A stretch of DNA of 64,000 nucleotides, taken from Lepidodermella squamata. Its lineage: Eukaryota > Animalia > Gastrotricha. How positions within the stretch are numbered: position 1 is the stretch's first letter; every line of letters starts with the position of its first letter. A program made the translations under genes and the position numbers. The notes beneath the pieces were generated by a model that saw only the letters and a program-made list of their open reading frames with translations, had not been told where the DNA came from and searched no databases. Positions 1 through 11,399 of this stretch are shown in pieces. Where the stretch lies: assembly GCA_047495785.1 (NCBI GenBank), contig JBLDXI010000050.1, positions 372,001-436,000 of the forward strand, written 5' to 3'.

Positions 1-1098
1 CTCAACATTTCCATCTTGCGACAGGTGGACCATTTATTCCGGGATGCGAAGGAAAAACCGAACGAAATATTTGGTGGCATCATTGTTGTATTTTCTGCTG
101 ACGTCTGCCAGCCGTTTCCAAATAGTTCAGGAATAGTCGCTACTGAAGAATCCATTGTCGGTCGCTCGTTTTTCAAGAGTGAATATTTTGAAAGTAGTGA
201 AAAGCTGCATTTGCGAAGCTCTATGCGCTTAGATAAGACTGCAAGTGACTATCAAAAGTATGCGAATTGGTTATTGGACTTGGGAATCGGCCGCCTGACA
301 GGTCCCCAAGTTCTTCTATACGACAATTACCATTTTGTCGACTCCACTTTTGAATTATGTACAAGCGTCTATAACAACTTTCAGCAGAACAAATCTGATC
401 CAGTCTACTTGACCAAAAGGCTTATCGTTTCCATAGGAAACTCTGCTGTTGAAGCAATGAATGAGTTGTTGGTAAATATAGCCTGTTCACCGTCGGATTA
501 CCATAAAATAGAGACAACATTCGGAGTTGACTGCGATGTTAGTGCGATTAAAATGGATTATAACGATGTACCCCAGCTCCATAGAGATCGTTTTGAAAAG
601 ACTTCTGCTCGATTTTTCGCCGATTCACCCGTCTCAGTCGCTGTAGGAAGCGTTGTCTGCATCACAGCAAATTGTGAGGCTCTAGTGAACGGGACCCGAT
701 TTTACCTAACACGAATTGTTGACCAAGAATTGTATGGAGTCCAACTGCCAGATGAGGCTAAAAAGGGGGAAATTAAGATTCCTCGGCAAACAATTTACTC
801 AGGCAAAATAAGCAACTCTGCAGGAAATGGATGTTATCGTTTATTCAAAACAAACTACGCATTACGTTTAGGTTACTGCACATCCGTGGCCCGTGCTCAA
901 GGTGTATCCGTTGAAATCCTCGGAGCATATCTACGACAAGCCCCAGGTCGTGCACATGGAGTTGTCTATGCGGCACTTTCACGAGGGATGCGTTCAGATC
1001 AGACATATGTGTGTGCTGACAAGAAAAGCGACCGTTGGATTGTGAGGGCATGCTGCTTTCAATGTGTAAAGGATTTCCATAACCAGCATGCGGAATAG
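1..1098 (+). CDS. PIF1-family (SF1B) DNA helicase, diverged; N-terminus lies outside the window
   Basis: Frame open from base 1. PIF1-like motifs in order: FGG..VVFSADVCQ (cf. FGG..GDFRQ), LRSSMR, YANWLLDLGIG, LVNGTR, LRLGYCTSVARAQG (cf. LAFAMTINKSQG), HGVVYAALSR (cf. HGQLYVALSR). Confidence 0.8.
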   Translation, partial: LNISILRQVDHLFRDAKEKPNEIFGGIIVVFSADVCQPFPNSSGIVATEESIVGRSFFKSEYFESSEKLHLRSSMRLDKTASDYQKYANWLLDLGIGRLTGPQVLLYDNYHFVDSTFELCTSVYNNFQQNKSDPVYLTKRLIVSIGNSAVEAMNELLVNIACSPSDYHKIETTFGVDCDVSAIKMDYNDVPQLHRDRFEKTSARFFADSPVSVAVGSVVCITANCEALVNGTRFYLTRIVDQELYGVQLPDEAKKGEIKIPRQTIYSGKISNSAGNGCYRLFKTNYALRLGYCTSVARAQGVSVEILGAYLRQAPGRAHGVVYAALSRGMRSDQTYVCADKKSDRWIVRACCFQCVKDFHNQHAE

Positions 1099-1297
1099 AT
1101 AAAAACAAAATTCTTCTCAAAATTGAAATAAATAAGACTATATTCTGATATTGTAAACTCCTTTCTCACATGCTTCATTCGCACTAGACTTCAATTATAC
1201 ACCTTGTTCGAAGTGCACATTTTACCTTTTACCCAATAAAAAATCACTTCCCTAATTGCAATTTATTTCAAATTTTAGTTGTTAAGAATGATAGAAA

Positions 1298-4200
1298 ATG
1301 GAAGAATTTGAAGCCAGAAACGCCTTTAATGACTTACTCGAGCAATCATGTGTGACGATCGAATATCGTAATTGTACTACAATCGATTCAAGATGGGGCC
1401 TTAGTCGCCATTCATGGGCAGTAACAGTAATGATCGACGAAGACCGAGAGGATAGACTACAAATCGGGGCAGGTAACAGTTCAACAAGTGAGACCCCATT
1501 AGAAATGGTAATTTTTAAAATTGAGAAAAGTTTGAGCGATATTTGCGAATATCTTAAGACTTATTTCGACCCTGAGAGCACAGTAAGGTTAACACTTTAC
1601 AACTCAGCTTTCGTGACACGTGGTGCACTTCGTTTGGGATATACAAAAGTACGCGAGCTTAGTCCCGATGCGATGATAGAATTGTTCGAGCATGTAATGC
1701 AAAGTCATTCAGTAGCTGAATTGAGTGAGGAGTTCAAACTGATCGTAGATTCAGTTGACTTGAAGAGACAGGAGGGGCGAGAGAGAAGATACCGCAACAA
1801 CCTCGAAGGAGGAAGTCCTCGAAAATTCGCCAAAGGATTTGAACAGTATGCACATTTTTTAAGTTCAAAGCCTGGGAAAATAGACATTTGCGGTAGCAAC
1901 AGCTTGTGCCTGCCTGAAGCTGTAATACTAGGTGTTGCCTTTCAGCAGCGGGCAGAGGACGCAGCTCCAACTCGTTACTCTCTTTTTACAAAGTCAAAAA
2001 ATAGTGCAGTATTACTGCGAGAACAAGCATTATCATTGTTGAGATCCGTAGACATTGACACATCGAAAAAATCTTACGGGATAAGTGACCTAGAAAAAAT
2101 GGTTGAATCACCCATGATTGCTCCATTCGGATTACGATTTGTTATTGTGTCTGCATTTTACCAGAAAGTAATAGCTAGCTTGCCTGAAAGACCCACAGGG
2201 CCGTCAAAAAACGTTTACTTGCTGTATGTAGAACCGCAGGCGATGCAATACGAAAACAATTCGTTCCAGCCTAGGGCGCATTACGTTCATTTGAAAAAAA
2301 TGATCCCTTTCAATCGTAACAAACAATTTTGCTGTGAATTCTGTCTACGCTTTGCTAAGGACAAGCGCCTTCACTCAAACTGCCCTTTTCGGTGTTGCAA
2401 ATGTCTCATGCATGGGGAAAACTGCAAGGAAAGAGCGAAAAGCGCGGGCTCAAAAATTTTGAAATGCAATGAGTGCGGACTATTTTTTTACGACACGGTG
2501 TGCTATTCAAGGTAAACAAATTTTTATTATCAATATTACTTATACAGCTACTCTGTTACTAGGCATAAAGCGGGTGGGCGAAAAAGCCGATGCGCAACTT
2601 TTGGAATGTGCGGTAGTTGCAAGAAGGTTCTCTACAAAAAATCGCTTGCTAACCATAAGTGTCGCCCTAAGAAGGTCAAATGCGAAGCATGTGACCGTAT
2701 TCTGATGACAAGTGCAGAAGAACACATATGCAGTATGGCTATTCCAGACCTAGAACGGATAGCCACTGGCGGGACGAAACCTTCGCGTAATCAAGACCCA
2801 ATTTATTTACTGTTTGATATTGAAATAATTCCTCGAGGTATAGATAGGCAACATCTTCCCTGTTTGACATGTTGCCTCGTTTTTTGCGATAGATGTAAGT
2901 TAGAGAAAGGTGACTTGACCAATCTTGTATTCAATGAAACCGAGTGGAATGAATTCGGAGATTCACAACACTCATGGGAAGAAGTTAAGGTTCACTTGAA
3001 CGAGGTTTTCAACTTCCCAGGGTGCGATTATTGCTCTCCAAGTCTGCAGAGTAGACTTTTGATTTTTCACAACGAAGATCCGACGCAAACCATCAATGCA
3101 GCCTCGCAATTTCTATACTGGTTGGTTTCATTCGTAAAAGAGCATGATCGAAGGAGATCGCGATTTATTTGCTTGAGCCACAATGGTAGTCGTTATGACA
3201 TGATGTTTTTATTAGGAGTTTTAGAAGACAGTAGTCTTTCCTTCGATATAATTCAACATGGGGGGCGACTTCTCAAAATTTCTATGCTCGAAGGAGCTCT
3301 AATTTTTCTGGACTCTTGTCAATTTCTAGCGACTTCATTGCGTAATATCGGCAAGGCCTTCAACATCAGACACTCTTTTATAAAAAAGACATATTACCCT
3401 TATAACGCCCATATGAATGGGGAATATGGCCTAGACTATTGTGGCCCTCAATTGGAAATGAGGTTCTATTCAGAAAGTAGACTAGTCGAAGAAAGAGAGG
3501 CACTTGCTGAATACCTGCGTAAAAAAATCTCTCATAACTTCAACGCCAGAGTTGAAATGACTCTGTATTGTACACTTGATGTACTCACACTGTACCTAGG
3601 TCTGAAAAAATTCACAGAAGCCATGAAGCAAATAGAGCCAACTATTAACCCATTTTTAGTTTCATCAACTCTTTCGTCTCTTTCCTCATTAATATTTCGT
3701 TCCAAGTATTTGACTGATGCAACAATTTTCTGTTTACCTCATGCGAGCGCAGCTAAGATAGATAAGCAATCAAAACTTGGTATTGCTTATTTGATGTGGG
3801 TGGAAGAAAAATACGGAGTCCTTATAGAAGGCGCTCATCGAAAAAATGAACGGGAACTTCAACTAAGGTCAGGGCAGAAAGTGAAGCTGGATGGGTACAT
3901 TTCTCACACCGAAATGAAACCAGCGCTACAACTAGAGGTTTTTAAACAACTTGCAAATGGCCCTGAAGCTTATTTAATTGAAATAATGGGCTGCCTGTGG
4001 CATGCGCATCCACCTTGCGTACCAAGAGACGGAATTCACCCAATTACGAAGCAAAGTTTCGCAGCAATAAACAGGAAAACTATGGAGAAAGTTAATGCCA
4101 TCCAAAACGATGGTAGATTTAGCTTGCACTTCATTTATGAGTGCGAAATTAAGAATTTACTAAAGCAAGACAAAAACATGTCTATTTTTTTCAAAGATTT

Positions 4201-5808
4201 TGAAGATACTGATAGATGTGCGGAAGTAGAGAGGTTAAAAATAAGATCAGGATATTACGGTGGGAGGACAGAGTGCTATCAAGCCCTTCCAACATGGCGC
4301 CATCCTAAGGAGGATGATTATTCACCCAAGAGACGAATCGCCTACCTCGACATAAACGGGTAAGTATGATAAAAATGAAAAAGCTAAATCTGACTGTTGA
4401 ACTTTAGCTTGTATTCTTTCACCATGGCGAAATCCAGATTCATGATTGGAGAACCGTGCCAAGCTGTTCTTGACCTGCATAACAACCATGAAGCCCTACT
4501 TGCAAAATTTAACGACACAGAAGACCCACTTTTCGGAATGATGAAGGTGAAAATCCTGCCACCCCAAAATTTAAAACTCGGAGTTCTACCATTTCACGTA
4601 AAGTCCGGCCATTTGACATTCCCATTATGCAGGACATGCGCTCAACAAGCTTATACTGGACTGTGTGAACACGATGAAAATGGAAGATCATTGCTCGGAA
4701 CGTGGACGACGATTGAAGTGAGAACAGCTGTTTCGCGAGGATATAGAATTCTTAGGATTTTCGACGCGATTCATTATAACAACTCCTCCGACAGCCTGTT
4801 CAAGAGCTTCATTAACAAGCTGACTAAACTGAAGCTTGAAAACAGCCCGTTAACAACAGGGCGAAGCGTTGACGAGCAAATAGAAGAAGTTAGACGTACA
4901 GAAGGGATCGAACTGGATAGAACAGCCCTGGAGAACCCGAGTGCTGCGATTAGAAACGTGGCTAAGCTTTTGGCGAATTCAAGCTATGGAAGACTTAGCT
5001 TGCGACCGGACAAGAAGAAAATCCGAATTTTAACAACACCAGATGAACTGGAAACAATTCTATCCGACAGAAAAATCACAATTCTGGATTTCAAAGTTGT
5101 CGGATATGGGCAAAACTCAAAATTGAGGGTAGAGTATGAGCCCGCAAATGGCTTCGAAATTAATGGTAGCTGTACCAACATCATGCTAGGAAGTTGGGTA
5201 ACCGCTTTGAGCAGGTAAGGTGTTAGATTTTAAGGTAACGTGTAAAAGGCAATTCTAATTGCAGGCTGAGACTACTGCAAGGCTTGGAAGAAGTAAATTC
5301 TCATCCTGGAGCAAGACTTCTGTACGCAGACACCGATTCTGCTATTTTTGAGTACGACGATGCTTACCCACTTAGCAGTATCGTTTCAAACATTGGAGAT
5401 AGGCTGGGTGATTGGAAAATAGAAGAGACAAACATTAGCGATTGGGTTTGTCTCGGACCGAAAAGTTATGCCTATCGTGTCGAAGCGACAGAAACATCTC
5501 CTGCAAAAACAGTAATCCACCACAAAGGTATGAAAAACCAGAATTTCGCCATATTTGAAAAGTTAGATTTTTCAGGCATATCGCATGCAAATTCGAAAAT
5601 AACTTTCGATTCAATGGTGGAGATTTTACTTGGACAACGTCAAAATGTGATGTCAAATGAACTGCAATTCCGTATTGTTGAAGCGCCAATAGCAGCGGTA
5701 AAATACGTTAATATAGACAAAATAATAAGACTAACATCTTCGAAAAGGAAGCTGTGCTATAATCTCAGTGGAATAAAAACACTTCCTTTCGGATACGTCA
5801 GTGAGTAA
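1298..5808 (+). CDS. Protein-primed DNA polymerase B (Polinton/Maverick type), 4 exons: 1298-2511, 2563-4359, 4408-5214, 5265-5808 (~1453 aa)
   Basis: GT-AG introns 2512-2562, 4360-4407 and 5215-5264 join four ORFs in frame. Exonuclease motifs FDIE, HNGSRYD, YCTLDV. Also YYGGRTE and polymerase motifs DINGLY (across intron 2), KLLANSSYG, YADTDS and GPKSY. N-terminal CxxC Zn-finger array; internal VSR-like nuclease segment (KLDGY...IEIMGCLWHAH). Confidence 0.93.
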
Positions 5809-5908
5809 TGTTGTGTCTATGGCTTCTAAATAAAGAAATAAATCCAGTGTTACATGTAACGCGAGAGAATTTTTTCTTATAGAACTTAAATACTAAGATT
5901 TATCTCGA

Positions 5909-6121
5909 ATGGAAGAAGAGTTTTCAAAACGGACTAGCATTACCGATTTGGAAGAAGAATATGGAGTCTGCATTATGTGTGGGGACGATCTAACAGAGAG
6001 TGAAGTCCTTCGCTCACTGGATGAATTCAACGACCTGTATTGTGATAACTGCTACAAACTGCTTATAATATCAGAAATAGAGCTTAAAATAACAGAAACG
6101 AACATCAGCAATGAGAAATAA
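5909..6121 (+). CDS. Small acidic Zn-binding protein (CxxC...CxxC), putative Polinton accessory gene
   Basis: 70-aa ATG ORF with CIMC and CDNC, co-oriented directly after the polymerase; AATAAA overlaps its stop. Confidence 0.5.
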   Translation: MEEEFSKRTSITDLEEEYGVCIMCGDDLTESEVLRSLDEFNDLYCDNCYKLLIISEIELKITETNISNEK

Positions 6122-6189
6122 AAACATACATTAGAAATGCCAAGTGGCCTCTGAGTCATCCAAGGACGTATAATTTAGGACAAGCGGCC

Positions 6190-6294
6190 TAGTACTTGGG
6201 TTACTAGGAGCGGTCATAGTACATGGGTTACCAGGAGGCGAAAGCATAGTACTTGCATTACCAAAAGCTCTAGGACTGGTAGCGTATTACTACT
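6190..6294 (+). repeat. Degenerate ~27-30 bp tandem units at the candidate Polinton terminus
   Basis: tagtacttgggttactagg / tagtacatgggttaccagg / tagtacttgcattaccaaa / tggtagcgtattactact. Confidence 0.55.
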
Positions 6295-8196
6295 GAAATA
6301 TCTCCGATTTGAATCCATATGTATGGAATTTCAGAAGTTATTTCGAATAAATAATTAATAAATATTATTAATAAATAATATAAATATTAATAAATAGTAT
6401 TTCTGGGCTGGTATTCATTGAACATAAGCTTGATTTAATACGCTAATTTCGATTTGCGAACAATAATTAGTTAATTGTTAAATGTTGGAAAATATGCATC
6501 GACATGACGAGAAATATTGCTAACCTCACAGGCGCGATTCAAGTGAAACGTGGGAACAATTTCAAAAAAACAACGGAAAATTCGGAAATTCAAATAATTC
6601 TCAGCCGATAGAAAATGGTCTCAGCATTAATCATTAATGTTTCCGGCCATGATTTAGCAGACTTTTATAACGCGACACGTTTGATAAAAAACACGGCCCA
6701 AGATTAGATTTGCTAGGCGACTGCACTTGAAATTTGGTTTATCGTTTGCGAAAAAATTGTTGCTTGGTAAAATTATCGAAAAAATAAATAATGAACCTGC
6801 GGCCAATTTCTATAATAGTCTCATGACAAAATTCCCACAAAAAAAACATGATTTTGAAATTTTCCAGATTAGTTTTTCAAATAATCAGGAAAAGATGAGG
6901 CCGTATATCGAGGTAAACAGATTTTAGAATATTATAATATAATACGAGAATAAATTTGATAAATTGCCAGGAAACATTGGGAAAAATAGCCATTCCTAGC
7001 GTAAAATATGGCACATATTTTCACCCGACCTAAGCCTTGTGATGCAAGGTGTCCCAAATTAACGCAAGCAAAGAAAATACTCTCTACAAGAAAATAAAAG
7101 GGTTCACAAACTCTCAAGACGAAGTCAATCTCCTGGCCCGAAAATTTGTAGAGAAATTCAAAAATCATGAGAATCAAGTATATCGCACTTGTTAACGGGG
7201 TTTAAAACGTCTAAAGAAATTCTGTGTAACCGGATATAATAAAATTACAGCGAACCAGTTACCATCATTGTTTTACGAGTTTTCTCCGGTATTATTTCTT
7301 CGGTTATACTTACTGCGGATAAAGGATAGTTTTATTTAAGAAAAAAATTAGTTAAATTTTCCAACAAAAAGTTCTCAAATTAAAAAATAATTGTGCAACT
7401 TCTTGGACACACCATAGGTGTGGGTAAATGAATAAAAATATTCTACACTTTCTCCTAGTATAAAATTGGTAGCTCAATAATTCAGAAAATAATTTTCAAA
7501 AATGATAATGCTCGTTAGCAATTGACTCAATAGAATCGGGACTAATTTAGGGTTCGCCTTCTAGGAATTAATAAAATAACTAACCCGAAAATATTAAGCG
7601 CTTCTCACTTTTCTAAAAAAAAGCACCACAGCGAGGTCCAGGCATTTGTATGCCTGTGTATGTAGCTAATAATGCTTCGAATGCTCAAATAGTTATTTGA
7701 ATAGAATGTCGAAGTGGCTCATGTTGAATGAATTTCGAAAAAACGTAAAATGTTAGCTAAAAATGCTGTTAGAAAATGCTACGAAATTCGGTCAAATTGC
7801 CTTGATAAAACAAAACGGAAAAATAGAAATCTCTTCGAAAACTCGGGGCCACAGTTCTTAATTTGAGATAAAATTGCCGAAGGTAAATACAATTGCCTAA
7901 ATAATTAAATAGAGTAGCCCATAGACGTTGCCTTGTATAGCTCGATTGTCGTCGAAACCAATGAACGCATTTGAAACTGTATTAAAATTATCGACCCAGT
8001 TTTCGAGGTCAAATTTCTTTGTTGCGTTGAGGCGCGATTGTTACGCAAACAGTAAAGGCGTCGAGAAACGAAGAAATTCATCGTTCATTTTCGTTCATTT
8101 GCTTCCCAAACGCAGGTCGTTTTATGGACTTCTCAAAAGTCAAGTTATTTATCGCGAATTTTCTGTAATTCGATTATCATTGATCAAGGTTCAACC

Positions 8197-9630
8197 ATGG
8201 CTGGCAGGTATTGCGTACTAGTTGCTACTAAATTTATTCCACTCAACTCTCAGACTCCAGCTTCGATTGATACTTATGCTTATAAAAAAATCCGGGGTAA
8301 TTTGACACGCTTTTAATTTATTTTTTAATTTATTATAGTTTTTAACGAATCGATCGTATTCGTCCGAAATCGATTGAGAATCAGGTGATGCTTCGTTGCC
8401 ATTTATTGTATTAAATTGGCATTTTCTGTTTTTATTACAGCATGGTGATGACATTCAGTAACGTGAGCACGTGGCGACACTCGCCTGGGCAACCACGACA
8501 TTACGGTATTCTGTTGAAGTAAGTCGATGCCAACAAATTCTAATAAATTCGAAAGCAAGTCATTTTTTTCTTTATGAAGATTGGAATCTAACTTGCCTAC
8601 TATTTTCTCATACAATGCTTCGCGTAGCCGAGTGCAGCCAATTCAGATTGGTATGCATTGCTATTTGATCATCTCTTTTTAAATTAATTTTGAATTTAGA
8701 TTTCACTGCATCGATCGAATTCGTCCGAATGAGAAACAGGTAAAGTTTCATTGCAATGTAAAAATTTGCATGAATTTTCTTTCTATTTTTAGATCAGCGT
8801 TGTGCTGCCATGCAGTAACGTGAGCACAAGACGAAACAATCTCATGTTTTCCCTGGGCTATCACGACAGGATCATCCTAATTCAAGTAAGTCGATGCTAA
8901 CAATTTATAGAAAATTCTCTATCGAAATTCTTCGATGTTTTTGGAAATATTAAAAAAATATAAGAAATTTTAGGGAAATTTTAGAGGGACTTCGAAACTT
9001 ATTTGTTGAATTGACAAATAATTTGAAATTGGCAAAATTCTAAAATTTTTCTGAATATTTTTTCGCTTTTATTTTTTTTCCATTTTTAATCATTCAAATT
9101 CAGCTTTTTTTATTTGCGAAATTTTTTTCAAAAGATTAAAATTTTTATATAATTTTCAAAACAATTATCAATTTTATCGAGAATATTTTAAGAATTCTTG
9201 TTTTAAATATTTTTCCGGTTGGTCAATTTTTTCTCAGTTTTTAATCCTTAAAATAAAAATTAAATTTGAATATGAATTAGCTCTTAACATTTTAATAAAT
9301 TTTTCTGCGATTTTTAATTAAAAAGAAATTTTTCGAGCACTTTTCGCTTGAAATTATTTGAAATTCACTCGAATTAATTCCGGCTTATTTCAGAATGGCT
9401 CGAATGGCTCAAATGGCTCGATTGGCATCCAGCAATGGAGCGATGCGAATTTGGTTTCCGAGCAGCTCAAGGCTTCGGTTTCAACAACTATTCTCGGCGA
9501 CGGCAATCAGCGGCCAGCCGGAGCAAGAACAGGCTTTGATGCCTAACTATTGACTGTTGTTTTTATAGTCACCCTTTTATGTCAAAACTTGTGAAAAAAT
9601 GTGAAATTGTTTGATTGATGAAATAAAAAT
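8197..9630 (+). other. Multi-exon spliced-looking unit with a tandemly duplicated exon pair; coding status unclear
   Basis: GT-AG bounded blocks 8197-8296, 8339-8384 and 8441-8518; paralogous blocks ~8700-8739 and ~8793-8885; last block from ~9394 with AATAAA ~9622. Confidence 0.3.
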
Positions 9631-10899
9631 TGCTAATGTGGATTTAATGTCTTATGTCTGGTCTAAGAAATAGCTTCGAAGAGGGAAGCAGAGGAGAGCG
9701 GAAAGGAAGGAGAAGCTTTTATTAGCCTTGTTACATGAAAATGAACCTTCATTTTAGGCCAAATTAGAAGTTGATTTTGCAAATTTTCAACGGAAAAGCT
9801 GAAACCTCAACTTAGCCTAACGTGGCAGTTGCGAACATCCAGAATGGCCCAACTTCGGGGTTTCGGTAATTTTTGTTCAATTCTGTATCAGAAGTCTAAA
9901 ATAGGCTAAATTGGTAGTTCGAAAGCCCGAAATTCTTCCGAAAATTCCGAATTTCTTAGGCCTACCATGGGCAAAAATAGTTGGACGAAGATTGAAGCTA
10001 TCTGGGCGCAAGCTTTAAGTCGAGTTTTGAACCCTAATTTTAGCCTTAGTTGGCGTATGGATTTCCGACAGGGTTCCTCTTTTCATGTTTCTAGCCGAGA
10101 CCTCGCAAAGCCTGTCTCCGGATTCGCCTCTTCACGGACTTGGGCGTCATTTTCTGAGCAGTTCATCTACTCTGTCTTGCTTTATTTTTGTCTGTTTTTA
10201 TGGTTTATATTGTATTTGTTGTAGCATTTGGAAATTATTTGCGTGTTGCATTCGGAATAAAGCAAAGAAACATAATTTAGAAATAATTCATCGAAATAAA
10301 TCATCAGCTATCGCTCTTCGCTCTGAAATTGTCGAAGTAAAATGCTTTCATGCTGAAGTAAGCTGAGTTTTTTTACATCGTCTACAGATAAAATTATTAC
10401 TTTGAAGCGGTCTTCAAAAATGAGAACATGACAGCGGCAAAGCAAAACTGGCAGAAAACTCTTTCTAAATCATAGTGAATAGTTAATGCCATAATAAAAA
10501 ATCCGAAATTAGAATCCTCCAAAATATTATATTGAAAATTCCAGGCACCATTCTCGCCATAAAAGGCGTGATAATTCGAATTATTTCTCTCTGATTGATT
10601 TCTCATTTTTACAAAGCGAACGCCGTCACGTGACTGCAGCGCACATTGCGTGTTTACTGTTCACATTGTTTCCCCGCGCATGCATGCGCGCCCGTTGTTT
10701 ACACAGTGGACCAGCACATTTCAAATATTAGTGGAGGTATTAGTTTTTCTCCTGGGAGAAACCGATGTATCGGGGCCTTGGCAGTCAATGAGTTAAGGAA
10801 GCTGTTTTTTCGCGAAATACATAAATTGCAAGAAAAGTAAATTATTCCATCGGAAAGACTTATTTTGATTTATTTCATCGGAACACGCGACTATTTCAT

Positions 10900-11325
10900 C
10901 AATTACCACTGTCGGCCTGCGGCCTTTGACAGTTGACGGGGAACTCCGTTACTTCGTCAAGCACGTGGGCACGTGTGACTCTGAACATGCATAACCTAAG
11001 ACCTAGGTATAACGTTTTCGTGCACATCGTTGACTTGCTGTCCAGCTTTGCGCATATAACCAAGTAGCGTGTCATCCACACGCGACGACGGCGTAATTCC
11101 CGGATGGAATCGATTCTTCATTTGAGATTCATTCGGTAACCGTCACCTACACCACTTAGCATTAGGGACCATATCTCGCAGCTTATCGCGTATTACGTTG
11201 TAACGCCCGGGCTATTTTTTGAGATGGGCTTGCAAGTCAATGTATCGTTGCTTAGGTGGGCTTCAATTCCAGCTACAAATCATGAATGTGCTAGTATTTG
11301 AACATTTACGTTTTACGTCACATTA
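10900..11325 (-). mobile_element. Helentron-associated/DINE-like non-autonomous element, 3' part
   Basis: Reverse-complement homolog of ~15973-16283, including ggagttccccgtca and the terminal hairpin actgtc-aaa-ggcc-gca-ggcc-gacagt. Confidence 0.6.
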
Positions 11326-11399
11326 GCTTATCAACGGTTAAAATAGCGCGAATGCGTAGCGTAATGGTTTTTACGAAAACGTAAGCGGGTCTGGTAATG

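Larger units (their letters stand above)
1..6294 (+). mobile_element. Polinton/Maverick-like element, right portion
   Basis: pPolB plus a compact co-oriented gene cluster, ending in short subterminal repeats and ACTACT (6289-6294), after which the sequence turns AT-rich. Left end, integrase and capsid genes are not in the window. Confidence 0.7.

Noticed and set aside
10702-10720. CACAGTG (Transib/RSS-like heptamer)
   Set aside because: Single occurrence with no partner end or transposase.
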